Shown here: positions 16,890 to 25,949 of the stretch, piece by piece | Layout of the letters: every line of letters begins with the position of its first letter | How positions within the stretch are numbered: position 1 is the stretch's first letter | IMG/VR virus record: IMGVR_UViG_3300020045_008887 | Coordinates: 1 to 45,162 of that record | Length of the DNA: 45,162 bases | Direction: 5' to 3' (one strand) | Source: a virus | Lineage: Duplodnaviria > Caudoviricetes | Notes under the pieces: generated by a model | Databases searched by the model: none | The model's input: only the letters and a program-made list of their open reading frames with translations | Told to the model about the DNA's origin: nothing | Translations under genes and position numbers: made by a program

Positions 16890-16991
16890 TGCCAATTGAT
16901 GGAATTGAACCACCGACCTTTATGTAATGATTTATACAATGTTATTATTGTAAACCTATACATTAATGCTCTGCCGCTGAGCTAAATTGGC
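16890..16991 (-). ncRNA. tRNA-like RNA with an elongated anticodon arm
   Basis: Acceptor stem GCCAATT/AATTGGC, D arm TAGCTCAGCGGCAGAGC, T arm GGTGG-TTCAATT-CCATC. About 47 nt of AT-rich hairpin replace the 17-nt anticodon arm. Confidence 0.75.
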
Positions 16992-17253
16992 GAAAGAAAC
17001 TATTTGTTCATTTCTAAGTTAAATATTCATAATGACTTAATCTTCTGAATATCTTACAATAAACAGCATATCTTAGCATGATTAGTGAATTTATAGTTTT
17101 TCATGGATTACTAGTCTCCACTTACCGATATTCACGGGATCACTTGTTTATCTTCAGCAAATAGTTTCAAAATTTTCAATGAACTTTTTTCTTTTAAAAA
17201 CCACCCGGACAAAGGCCGCATCATCGAAACTAAGCCGGGTGGTAAACCTCAAT

Positions 17254-17568
17254 TTAACTATGAAAAACTGTTTTAATATTGTTTTCAATCGGGAAAAAAC
17301 ATTCTGCGAAGTAATTTTCCCTAATCTTGAAATACTTTGGTTTTATGGCTAAAATAATCCATTCGGCTTGCTCTTTGTATTCGATCAAATAATGATCATA
17401 TAGTTGTTTGTATGTTAATTTGCTTTCTTCAAAAAGTTGATCATAAAACATTTGCTCTACTTCCATAAACATAGTCATTAGCTTTTTATACTCAAAAAAC
17501 ATCTGACGGCGGTCATAACGAACCTTTGGGTTCATTAATGGCTCAATGGGTTGTAATTTGTCGTTCAT
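17254..17568 (-). CDS. Hypothetical protein
   Basis: 104 aa ORF followed by a CCACCCGG...CCGGGTGG hairpin. Confidence 0.6.
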   Translation of the reverse strand: MNDKLQPIEPLMNPKVRYDRRQMFFEYKKLMTMFMEVEQMFYDQLFEESKLTYKQLYDHYLIEYKEQAEWIILAIKPKYFKIRENYFAECFFPIENNIKTVFHS

Positions 17569-17837
17569 ATTTTAATTTTTAAGCTCGAATTAATGCCAAT
17601 TAAAGTCCTCAATTTTTTATTCGCAGATTTTGCATTATCAGCCCAAATAGAGGCAGAGCCCCAGTTAGTCTCAAATTTATATTCAATCTTGCCATTACCG
17701 TAGGATAAAAGAGGTTTGGTGCGTTTGGGTGGTTGTTTTGGTTCTGGCAATGGTATTGATTCGCCAGCCATTGGATTGTATGCGCCTCCAATCAAGGCTA
17801 TTGAGGTAAGGAGTGCCATTCTTTTCATTGTACTCAT
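17565..17837 (-). CDS. Hypothetical protein
   Basis: 90 aa; 4-nt overlap with the next gene. Confidence 0.55.
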   Translation of the reverse strand: MSTMKRMALLTSIALIGGAYNPMAGESIPLPEPKQPPKRTKPLLSYGNGKIEYKFETNWGSASIWADNAKSANKKLRTLIGINSSLKIKI

Positions 17838-17864
17838 AAATTTAGTTTGAATTTTTTTTCATCG

Positions 17865-18092
17865 TTATATTTTTAACCGTAAAATATTTATTACCTCATT
17901 ATACGCCTGAATAGCATTCGAATACCGGTAATCATCCGAAAGTATTATTTCGTCTTTCCAGTCGGGTACAATTAGCAACTTTGTGCTTTCAAAAAGGTTC
18001 ATCCTTTTAACCATTTTATTGTATATTTTCGAAGCGGCCGTTTGATATTCAAAAGCTTCTTGTTGTAAGAAGCGTTTTGTTAATTTTTTCAT
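17865..18092 (-). CDS. Hypothetical protein
   Basis: 75 aa; preceded by the AAAAAATACAACT leader. Confidence 0.6.
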   Translation of the reverse strand: MKKLTKRFLQQEAFEYQTAASKIYNKMVKRMNLFESTKLLIVPDWKDEIILSDDYRYSNAIQAYNEVINILRLKI

Positions 18093-18116
18093 AGTTGTAT
18101 TTTTTAATCAGGGTAT

Positions 18117-18266
18117 TTATTCCAATATCTTTAATGCTTCATCAAGTGCATCAAGTTTGTTTGGACTTGATGTCGACTTTTTAAAATCCTCTAAAAGAAA
18201 ATATAAACGGTCTTTTTCTTCGGATGTTAGATAATTAATTAAATTATCAAATACTTGTTCGTTCAT
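18117..18266 (-). CDS. 49-aa protein, paralog of 28938-29090
   Basis: Translated by hand: MNEQVFDNLINYLTSEEKDRLYFLLEDF...; same leader sequence. Confidence 0.6.
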   Translation of the reverse strand: MNEQVFDNLINYLTSEEKDRLYFLLEDFKKSTSSPNKLDALDEALKILE

Positions 18267-18292
18267 AGTTGTATTTTTTTTAGTTGAGTAAA

Positions 18293-18826
18293 TTACAATT
18301 CAATTCCATTAATTACCTTGGTAATGTAATCATCATATTCATAGCCACAATCGTAAAGATGATCTTCAGTAAATGCAAAAATTATATTTGTCAAATAATA
18401 TTCATTATCATTCAACAACTGCTCTTTTGAAGATACACAATCACCATATTTTTTTTGATCTTCAGTAGGATTAATTATTATTTCTAAAGAGTCATATTCA
18501 TTTATCAAAAGAAATGGATATTTTACTTTATTTATATTCAAAGATATGTATATCTGTTTCTTTTGTTCAAATTCGTTTCTTTTTTTGATCCCTGAAACAT
18601 AATCGTTATATTCTTGAAGTATGACATCTTTATATTTTTCAAATTCAACATCCGATAACTCATAGATGTATTTCGAAAAATATATCTTATTTTTCCCACT
18701 CCCCAACGATCCATAAATACATACAACTTTTCTTCCATAAAATGTAGAACCTGAATTCGAAAAACTATCATATTCAATTACACGATGAGTTTTTAACGCT
18801 TCTTTTAATTCCAGTATATGTTCCAT
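18293..18826 (-). CDS. Hypothetical protein
   Basis: 177 aa ORF. Confidence 0.6.
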   Translation of the reverse strand: MEHILELKEALKTHRVIEYDSFSNSGSTFYGRKVVCIYGSLGSGKNKIYFSKYIYELSDVEFEKYKDVILQEYNDYVSGIKKRNEFEQKKQIYISLNINKVKYPFLLINEYDSLEIIINPTEDQKKYGDCVSSKEQLLNDNEYYLTNIIFAFTEDHLYDCGYEYDDYITKVINGIEL

Positions 18827-18921
18827 AATTTTAAATTTAATTGTTGAGTAAATTTAGTTATAATGATTTGATTTTATATTGTTTGATAGTGTGTTATATA
18901 GCATATTTTTAGTTTATATTG

Positions 18922-19833
18922 CTAAAATGGTAAATCATCCGGCGTGCTATCAAATTCATGCGATGCCTCAATCCGCTGGTTAGCATATTCGATTGAGGGA
19001 ATATTTTCAGTTGAAAAAAAGCCAGTTGGTAGTTCGTCCCTTACCGGGATTCCCTCTTTGTTCACCCGAAAAATCCAAGATTTAAATTGCTTATTCCTGG
19101 TCATTTCTGCAATTATTTCTGTTTCTCCATTGTCGTTAAATTTTTGAGTCCTGAAAACGGTTTCAGCCTTTCTAACCATGAAGCTGCCTAAGTGACCTAA
19201 TGGGTTTTGGTTGTCTTTCCCTGTGTGCAAAATCCCGTTAATATGACAATTAAAATCCAAGGAATATTTCATCAATTTTAGGACTACTTTTTTGCACTCT
19301 TTTTCGTCGTTCATCGAATAAACACAATCAATGAGGCCGTCTAAAATCATCAATCCAACGTTTCTTGTTTTCAAAATATGGCAAATAATAGCCATGATTG
19401 TTTCGGGTTCGTGTCCCCTCAAAATAAAATAATGGATCTGTTTAATGTCGCAATTTGCGAGTTTTTTTATCCGATATGCTACCCGGCTGGCATGATAAGG
19501 GGCTTGTTCTGTATCAATATAAATCAAATCCCGGTTGTTCAAATTTCCTTTGATTGCAAAATCTTTGCATCCTAACAAGCTGGCTGCAACCATTGAGCTA
19601 AAATACGTCTTTTTGCTTTTAGCCATCCCGATTGTCATTGAAATATTTTGCGGGGTCAACACTTCGATCTCGCTGTTATTTTCTTCGATAAACGAAACCA
19701 GCGTTTCGGGCTTGACATATTTTTTTAATAGGTCTATTTTTGCCCCTGAAACCAATAAATTTAGTTGTGGTTCGGTAAATTCAACCACTTCTTCATTCAT
19801 CGCCTCTTTGATTATTTTGTTAAAATCAATCAT
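18922..19833 (-). CDS. RecA-superfamily (AAA_25/RepA-like) helicase-type ATPase
   Basis: Walker A-like GMAKSKKT, YIDTEQ, Walker B MILDG, and ILH.GK....LGHLGS; located in the replication module. Confidence 0.8.
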   Translation of the reverse strand: MIDFNKIIKEAMNEEVVEFTEPQLNLLVSGAKIDLLKKYVKPETLVSFIEENNSEIEVLTPQNISMTIGMAKSKKTYFSSMVAASLLGCKDFAIKGNLNNRDLIYIDTEQAPYHASRVAYRIKKLANCDIKQIHYFILRGHEPETIMAIICHILKTRNVGLMILDGLIDCVYSMNDEKECKKVVLKLMKYSLDFNCHINGILHTGKDNQNPLGHLGSFMVRKAETVFRTQKFNDNGETEIIAEMTRNKQFKSWIFRVNKEGIPVRDELPTGFFSTENIPSIEYANQRIEASHEFDSTPDDLPF

Positions 19834-20384
19834 TTTTTAAGATATTGATTGTATAGTTTAATTTTTAGTTCATTTGGTTCAACCCCTTCAATCAAATCAA
19901 TTAGCTTTTTTTCAGCTGTCTTTTCTGCATGTTCGATAGGGTTTAAAAGACAATCCCGGACGCTTGACCAACTTACGTCAAAAAATCCTTCGGGCATATC
20001 GCCAATCCTATCGTCCGAAATTTGGCAAAGTAAATAAGCAACCTGCCAGCATTCGATCAAATATTTGTTCATCAGTTGGCCGCAATATTTTTGTTCCGGG
20101 AAACTTTTTACCATCCACCTCAAAAAATACTCATTTACTCCCTCGAATGTTTGTTCATCATAGCCTAATAGGTTGAGGATGTTTATTGCTTTTTGAAATT
20201 GACTATCATAATCACCGACCATGTTTATCCCTTGCATTTCAAATTTATGGCATTTCTCGTTTAAAACGTTAAATTTTGAGGTCAAATTAGCTAGGTTATC
20301 AGTTACTACCTTTTTTTGGTTATCGCTTATATTTGACTTTCCTATGATGCTTAGGATTGATTTTAGTTCTCGCTCGATGTCCAT
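19830..20384 (-). CDS. Hypothetical replication-module protein
   Basis: 184 aa; 4-nt overlap with the ATPase gene. Confidence 0.6.
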   Translation of the reverse strand: MDIERELKSILSIIGKSNISDNQKKVVTDNLANLTSKFNVLNEKCHKFEMQGINMVGDYDSQFQKAINILNLLGYDEQTFEGVNEYFLRWMVKSFPEQKYCGQLMNKYLIECWQVAYLLCQISDDRIGDMPEGFFDVSWSSVRDCLLNPIEHAEKTAEKKLIDLIEGVEPNELKIKLYNQYLKK

Positions 20385-20453
20385 GATTATTATTTTTTAT
20401 GTAGTTTACAATAATTAACTCGTTATTTCAATTCTAATGATACATTGTGTTGT

Positions 20454-20602
20454 GGCAATTATTTTAACCAAATCTCAGGTGGATATTGTTTATTGATTAT
20501 TAAGTAGTTGCGTGTTTTAGTGTTTATTCCTGATCCCATTGGTTTATATATTTTACTAAGTTATTGATTATCAATACTTGTAGTTTGGTTAATTTAATTG
20601 CC
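20454..20602. repeat. 149-bp element A bounded by 19-bp inverted repeats
   Basis: GGCAATTATTTTAACCAAA ... TTTGGTTAATTTAATTGCC, with IHF-consensus TAAGTTATTGATT at 20557-20569; homologous to 35189-35336. Confidence 0.75.
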
Positions 20603-21445
20603 ATAATTTAAGTACTGCTTTTCACGATTAATTAACACATATTCGCCTTTCTCGTCTTTACCGGTTCGCTGCCATGATGTTTTTTTATCATTAAGCCAAA
20701 CGGCAGAATCATTAACAGCTATCTGTATCCGTTCTTTTTCTTCTTTAGTAAGGTAGGTATATTTAGATTTATTGTTTTTAGGCATCCATTCTGATTCAAA
20801 TCCAGCCCAGCTTTTTTCGACTGCTTTTTTTATGCAATCATTGGCCGTGTGTCCTGATTTTTCTATTTGGGTTTTTATAGCTTCAAATGCTATTTCGGAA
20901 TTGATACCTTTTTTCTTTTTTCTAATATCTAACCATGTTTCGACTATTTTAGCGTCAATTCCTAAATTTAGAAGTGATTTTTTAAAGTTAAATTTAGGAA
21001 TTTCAATCGGCTTTTCTTCTTCTTTACTTTCTTTTAATTCTTTATCTTCTTTAGTTGTTGTTGGCTGTCTGTTGGCTGTCTGTTGGCTGTCTGTTGGCTG
21101 CATGTTATCTGTATGTTGATTTTCTTGGTATTCTTCATAATTACAGATAGTTACTCGTGTTGTTTTTCTTAAACCTTCCAAAATTACCATGTTATCTTTT
21201 TGAAGTAAATTAAAAAATGTTCTAATTTTCTGAATTGACCACCCATTACCAAAAATATTACACCATGAGTTTAATGAGTAAATTGATTGACCTCTTTTGC
21301 ATTCTATCAACTCACCTTCAATAAGCTCTTTTTTATCTTCATAATTAACCATTATAAGCATGGTTAACCAAGCTTTTAAATAAGCATCATTTTTGAAAAT
21401 CCAATGAGTTAATATTTTTCTATGAATTTTAATCCATCCGGTCAT
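20594..21445 (-). CDS. Phage replication initiator (replisome organizer-like)
   Basis: N-terminal GWIKIHRKI...KRGQ...TRVTICNYEEYQ, internal iterons, and a C-terminal helical domain. Confidence 0.8.
   Translation of the reverse strand: MTGWIKIHRKILTHWIFKNDAYLKAWLTMLIMVNYEDKKELIEGELIECKRGQSIYSLNSWCNIFGNGWSIQKIRTFFNLLQKDNMVILEGLRKTTRVTICNYEEYQENQHTDNMQPTDSQQTANRQPTTTKEDKELKESKEEEKPIEIPKFNFKKSLLNLGIDAKIVETWLDIRKKKKGINSEIAFEAIKTQIEKSGHTANDCIKKAVEKSWAGFESEWMPKNNKSKYTYLTKEEKERIQIAVNDSAVWLNDKKTSWQRTGKDEKGEYVLINREKQYLNYGN
21059..21113. repeat. 11-bp tandem iterons; probable replication origin
   Basis: Three perfect TGTTGGCTGTC units plus two degenerate ones inside the initiator gene, next to an A/T-skewed tract (lambda O-like layout). 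Confidence 0.75.
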
Positions 21446-21447
21446 AA

Positions 21448-21858
21448 TTATATTTTTGAAATATTTTTTTTCAATTCTTTTATGACAATATTTAAATGCC
21501 TTGGATTGTCGTAAATTGCAATAAAATTATCCAGGCAATATCCTATATGCAATAAAATTATCGAATTGGTAAAGTATGAAGTTCGATTAAAAAACCTCGT
21601 TTTTGCATCAGCTAAATAAAAAGCATCTTTAGTTGTAGTCATCGGGATTGCATAACAATAATCTTTAAATACCTTTATAACTACATTAGGTCGTTTTTTT
21701 ATAGCTGAATTTGATATTATTATGTCTCCTTTTTTAATTATTTTAGGAGGATAATAGTCTATTTTTGTGACTTTGTTTAAAACATGGACAACAAATTCTT
21801 TCGAATAAGTCTTATTTCCATCATTAAGCACTTCGTTAATTACATCTTCTTTTAACAT
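21448..21858 (-). CDS. PemK/MazF-like fold protein
   Basis: IKKGDII.....KKRPNVVI......AIPMTT resembles the PemK signature. Confidence 0.5.
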   Translation of the reverse strand: MLKEDVINEVLNDGNKTYSKEFVVHVLNKVTKIDYYPPKIIKKGDIIISNSAIKKRPNVVIKVFKDYCYAIPMTTTKDAFYLADAKTRFFNRTSYFTNSIILLHIGYCLDNFIAIYDNPRHLNIVIKELKKNISKI

Positions 21859-22044
21859 ATTTTAAATATTAAAGCCCCTACTGGATGCAAAAAATCCAAC
21901 TTTGAACCGGCATAGCTGCCTTTTAGTTGGATTATTGCCCCAATAGGGGTATTTTGTTCAATGTATGTCATATTTTCTATTTTTAACGGGCGGTTCAATT
22001 CCCGGCCAAAAGGCATCACGAAGGTAGTAAATTATTTCAAATAA

Positions 22045-22287
22045 TCAACAATTAGCTATTTTTATTGAATCAATGACATCAATGGCATCCTGGATGGTTT
22101 CAATATTTTCAATTTCTTCATCAGGGATATGGATATTAAATAATACTTCGCAATCAATAAGTAAATCAACTGCATCGAGTGAGTCAGCACCTAAATCATG
22201 GGTAAATCTAGCTTCTGGTGTAATTTCGGATTCGTCAATATTTAATTTGACAATAATCATCTTTTTTAATTCTTCTAATGTATCCAT
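22045..22287 (-). CDS. acpP: Acyl carrier protein
   Basis: 80 aa, acidic, with the phosphopantetheine site DLGADSLD and F.I.IPDEE.E.I.TIQDAID. Confidence 0.9.
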   Translation of the reverse strand: MDTLEELKKMIIVKLNIDESEITPEARFTHDLGADSLDAVDLLIDCEVLFNIHIPDEEIENIETIQDAIDVIDSIKIANC

Positions 22288-22304
22288 AATTTTAAATTTT
22301 AATG

Positions 22305-22796
22305 TTAAATAAATCCATATTCCCTATAAAAATCAACAAATGTTTTTTCATCTAAATTAACTAAGATTATACCCATGTTAGCCCTCGCATGTATTTTTAT
22401 TTTTTTTAGATATTCAGCAAATTCACTAGTGCCATTGTCTGGAGTATGAAATGAAATAAAGTCAATTATTTCACCTAACCATTCAAAATAAGTAAAATTT
22501 TGAATATATTTTTTTACTTCTTTCCATATTTCTGTACGGATTAGTTTTTCAATATGCTCATCCGATTTTTGCAGATACATTGCCCGGTAAAGAAAATGGG
22601 CGTGATTTTTATCCATTCCATTTTCGTGTTGGATGCAAGTCAGCCAAACCCAATATAAAGCATTTTGGTCATTAGTCCTCTGAATATCTTTTAATTTGCA
22701 TTCTTTGAGTTCGACCATCTTTTTATCGGTTGCCAGTTTGTTTGCAAATTCAAAAAAGCATTGCTTCTTATATTCATTTGATAAGTCGTATTTCAT
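22305..22796 (-). CDS. NinB/Orf-like recombination protein
   Basis: RTNDQNALYW motif and C-terminal EFAEYLKKI..HA...GI.L. Confidence 0.6.
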   Translation of the reverse strand: MKYDLSNEYKKQCFFEFANKLATDKKMVELKECKLKDIQRTNDQNALYWVWLTCIQHENGMDKNHAHFLYRAMYLQKSDEHIEKLIRTEIWKEVKKYIQNFTYFEWLGEIIDFISFHTPDNGTSEFAEYLKKIKIHARANMGIILVNLDEKTFVDFYREYGFI

Positions 22797-23425
22797 ATTG
22801 TTAAATTAATTAATTCATCATAACTTTTTTTTAAGAACTGAAAAATAGATTCATCATCTTTTTGTTGGAAACTATTCGTCCAGCCTGATTCGTAATCGAA
22901 TTCTTTAAATGAAAATTCGTATTTAACTATCCAACCACTTCCGGTCGTATATATGGCTATATTAATAATTTTAGGATCGTTCCCATTTTTATGTTCAGAA
23001 TGATGGAATTTTTTTTTAAGCAATTTACCTTCAAATTCGAAAATAGTCCAAATATACCAATAAATATTTTTTTGGGAATCAACAGGAATCGAATCGTTAA
23101 TATTTAGCATCCTATATTTTTCCGAGAAAATAGATTCATTTTTTCGCCATATTTTTAGTACATTATTTTCTTGAGCATAAATCGCCCGTGCAAATATTGC
23201 ATCAAAAAACAAATCAAAATCATTATCTTTTGGCAGGCAGGCAGGTGCATTGTGATTATTCGCAGAATAAGAAAGCAATGATTTGTTGATACCATCTATA
23301 TACCAGCCATGGCTATATGTTATTCTTTTTCCTGTCTTTAACATCCAATCCAAAACAAACATTTTTGTTTCAATTGGGTAATGATTACCAATCAATTTTG
23401 AAAAATCAATTTTAACTTTTTTCAT
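22793..23425 (-). CDS. Hypothetical protein
   Basis: 210 aa; overlaps both neighbours. Confidence 0.6.
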   Translation of the reverse strand: MKKVKIDFSKLIGNHYPIETKMFVLDWMLKTGKRITYSHGWYIDGINKSLLSYSANNHNAPACLPKDNDFDLFFDAIFARAIYAQENNVLKIWRKNESIFSEKYRMLNINDSIPVDSQKNIYWYIWTIFEFEGKLLKKKFHHSEHKNGNDPKIINIAIYTTGSGWIVKYEFSFKEFDYESGWTNSFQQKDDESIFQFLKKSYDELINLTI

Positions 23426-23609
23426 GATTTATATTTAATTTATCCAATTCTTTGATATGTGATTCGATTTCTTTGTCATAAATCGAATTTATGTATTCCA
23501 ATTCAACAGCTACCTTGCAAATGTTTCGCACTTTTTCAATGCCCAATAATTCAACTTTTTTACGGCTGATTTGGAAAGTGACGTTCATTAGGTCGCTTAG
23601 GTTTTCCAT
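23412..23609 (-). CDS. Hypothetical protein
   Basis: 65 aa; overlaps both neighbours. Confidence 0.5.
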   Translation of the reverse strand: MENLSDLMNVTFQISRKKVELLGIEKVRNICKVAVELEYINSIYDKEIESHIKELDKLNINHEKS

Positions 23610-24187
23610 GGGTTGCTAACTTTCATTTCCTTTAAAAGTGCATTGAATTTAAGCCGGTATTTGGTTGCTTGCTCCCGGTAAAATAACTCAGTATCTTCGC
23701 CGGTAAATAAAGACAATTGACGTAAATTGTCAACTGCTTCAACCCCGATTTCAGCGGCTAAATTTAAGCCAAATTGTGCATGTTTTCCTGAACGGTATCT
23801 ATTGCAATAAGTATCTTGAGGCCGGGCGTTATTTTCGTCAAATCTGGTCAACTTATTCTCGCGCCCGCAATAATGGCCGTTGTCGATATTTTTTATATGG
23901 TGAATTGCCCCACAAGTATAGCACTTGCAAAATCTTTCCCCGTTCATTTCAAAGGAAAATTTCAAACGGATATATCTACTAAACCATTTATCAGCCGTAT
24001 CCATCGCATTTTGCCGGGGCGTTTTTCCTTTTTTTAGCTTATCTTGATGTTTTCCTTTTTTCATTGACGAACCTTTCAAAATTGATTGCCTTTCTTTTTT
24101 AGCACAATATCCGCACGGATGGAATAAAGTGCTATTCCATACTTGGCGAAGTGGTTTTTTGCATTTAGGGCAATTTTTCATAATCAA
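23597..24187 (-). CDS. NinG/Rap-family endonuclease
   Basis: ADKWFSRYIRL, CYTCG, DNGHY.GR and TRFDENNARPQ...CN motifs. Confidence 0.85.
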   Translation of the reverse strand: MIMKNCPKCKKPLRQVWNSTLFHPCGYCAKKERQSILKGSSMKKGKHQDKLKKGKTPRQNAMDTADKWFSRYIRLKFSFEMNGERFCKCYTCGAIHHIKNIDNGHYCGRENKLTRFDENNARPQDTYCNRYRSGKHAQFGLNLAAEIGVEAVDNLRQLSLFTGEDTELFYREQATKYRLKFNALLKEMKVSNPWKT

Positions 24188-24438
24188 TGGCCTTGATTTT
24201 TAGCCTGCATTTTTACTTTAGTATACTTTCTTTTATCATTTGCCAAAATAGCTGTCATTTTTTTCTTTTTCCTTTTATTTAAATGACTATTAAATTTTAA
24301 TTTTGAAAACCCGCCAATACCTTTCCAAATAATTTCATTTAACTCATCCCCCTTTTGTTTGTCGATTCCAGGTTTTTTAATCCTAAATTCTAAAGGTATG
24401 TGAATTTTGTCTAAAATTTCATCGGTAAAAGTAATCAT
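24184..24438 (-). CDS. Hypothetical basic protein
   Basis: 84 aa ORF. Confidence 0.5.
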   Translation of the reverse strand: MITFTDEILDKIHIPLEFRIKKPGIDKQKGDELNEIIWKGIGGFSKLKFNSHLNKRKKKKMTAILANDKRKYTKVKMQAKNQGH

Positions 24439-24576
24439 GCTGCAATTGAAATAAACCCATCGTAGATATACGGTCTCATTGTTATCTAGGCAATATTTTA
24501 CCGGTAAATCATAGTGTTTTCCAAATCCAAATATGCTTTTTTTCGGTCAATTTTCTTAATAATAACCTATCCATAG

Positions 24577-24759
24577 TTATAGCTTTTCATAACATTTTTT
24601 GAAATAATAATCCGGCTTTTCAAATTCCTTAAAGCCTTTTAAGCCGTCGTTTTCAACTTCTCGAATGTACGTGACCATCCCGCGATCTATTCCGGTAACT
24701 TCCACTTTTACACCTGAAAAAATGTTCTGGTGAGTTGGAGTGATTTTTTCTTTTGTCAT
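24577..24759 (-). CDS. Hypothetical protein
   Basis: 60 aa ORF. Confidence 0.5.
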   Translation of the reverse strand: MTKEKITPTHQNIFSGVKVEVTGIDRGMVTYIREVENDGLKGFKEFEKPDYYFKKCYEKL

Positions 24760-24779
24760 ATTTATTTAGTTTAATTATG

Positions 24780-25331
24780 TTAATAACGAAATGGGGTAAA
24801 ATGTATAATTGCCAGCGGTTCGTTTATGTCGTAATTTTTAAACCAGGCTTCAAAATCAGGCAATGAAAGGCCGTCATTTTTTGCTATTTCTGACCAATCA
24901 AATACCATTGGATCAAAACCTTTTTCATTACAAATAAAAGCCCCATGATGTTCTTTATACATCATCATTTCTTGCAACCCGATCCCATCATCTTTACCAA
25001 GCTGGCAAATGGTTACTGTTTTTGATTTGCGGGGTTTACCTGACCAATAATATAGTTCCAAAACAGCCTCACCGCCCATTATATTTTTAAAGCGTTTTTC
25101 CCAAAGAGGGTAATTTTTGCGGCATGTGTGGAGTTTTGGTTCACAGGTATTAAAGTAAAATTCAGAAAATGGAGATAACCTTTCTATTTCTTGGTTAGAC
25201 AATAAACTGCAGGGGATAATTCCATTTAACAATTCTTCTACAAAAAACGTAGGGTCACCCTTCCTCGGATGAGTTGCCGGGAATGTCCGTGAAATTTGAA
25301 TCCTGTAGCGGACGATTTTTTTTGGTTTCAT
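24780..25331 (-). CDS. Conserved phage protein, ASCH/PUA-like
   Basis: KLHTCR, WSGKPRKS and IAKNDGLS..DFEAWF motifs. Confidence 0.65.
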   Translation of the reverse strand: MKPKKIVRYRIQISRTFPATHPRKGDPTFFVEELLNGIIPCSLLSNQEIERLSPFSEFYFNTCEPKLHTCRKNYPLWEKRFKNIMGGEAVLELYYWSGKPRKSKTVTICQLGKDDGIGLQEMMMYKEHHGAFICNEKGFDPMVFDWSEIAKNDGLSLPDFEAWFKNYDINEPLAIIHFTPFRY

Positions 25332-25488
25332 ATTTTAAATTTAAAATTTGGTTCGATTAAAAAATGACAGGCAAGCGTGGACTTGGTTATCCGTAGGTCG
25401 AGGCCTTTGTTGTCTTTGTGACGTGGACACTTCCAGACTCGCCCGTCAAAATATTTATACACGCAGTTTTTTAGGCACATTTTTTCAG

Positions 25489-25686
25489 TCATACATTATT
25501 GTTCTCTTTATAATGTTTCCATGACATTTTGAAAGCATCCCATTTGGTCGCATACATGCAGCTTTCAAAGTTTTCAATTACAAAGTGATAATGTTCGTCA
25601 TATTCCCACCATTTAACCCGGTATCCGGGAGGTAATTTTTGATTTGGGGAAAATTTAACTTCTATTTCTTCCATGATTTTTAACAA
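25489..25686 (-). CDS. Hypothetical protein
   Basis: 65 aa ORF. Confidence 0.5.
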   Translation of the reverse strand: MLKIMEEIEVKFSPNQKLPPGYRVKWWEYDEHYHFVIENFESCMYATKWDAFKMSWKHYKENNNV

Positions 25687-25877
25687 TCAAATGTGTTTTG
25701 TAAAATTTTAGCATTTAAGTTAGCTATTCCAAGTTCTGTATGCTTGATTTTAGCCTTGATTTCGTCATAATAATTGCAAGGTAACTTGATGTATTTACCT
25801 GAAGGGTTTAATTGCTTTTTTAAGTCCTCTAAATGATTTTCGAGGACGTTTTTGCAATATGATAAGGATTCGTTCAT
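25680..25877 (-). CDS. Hypothetical protein
   Basis: 65 aa ORF. Confidence 0.5.
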   Translation of the reverse strand: MNESLSYCKNVLENHLEDLKKQLNPSGKYIKLPCNYYDEIKAKIKHTELGIANLNAKILQNTFDC

Positions 25878-25949
25878 AGTTTCAATTTTTAGTAAAATTA
25901 ATATTTATTAATTGATTTACTGGCTTTTTTGGTATGTTATAAAACAGGA

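Noticed and set aside
16709-16963. 84-aa minus-strand ORF
   Set aside because: It overlaps the tRNA-like RNA, a parS site and another ORF, so it is probably spurious.
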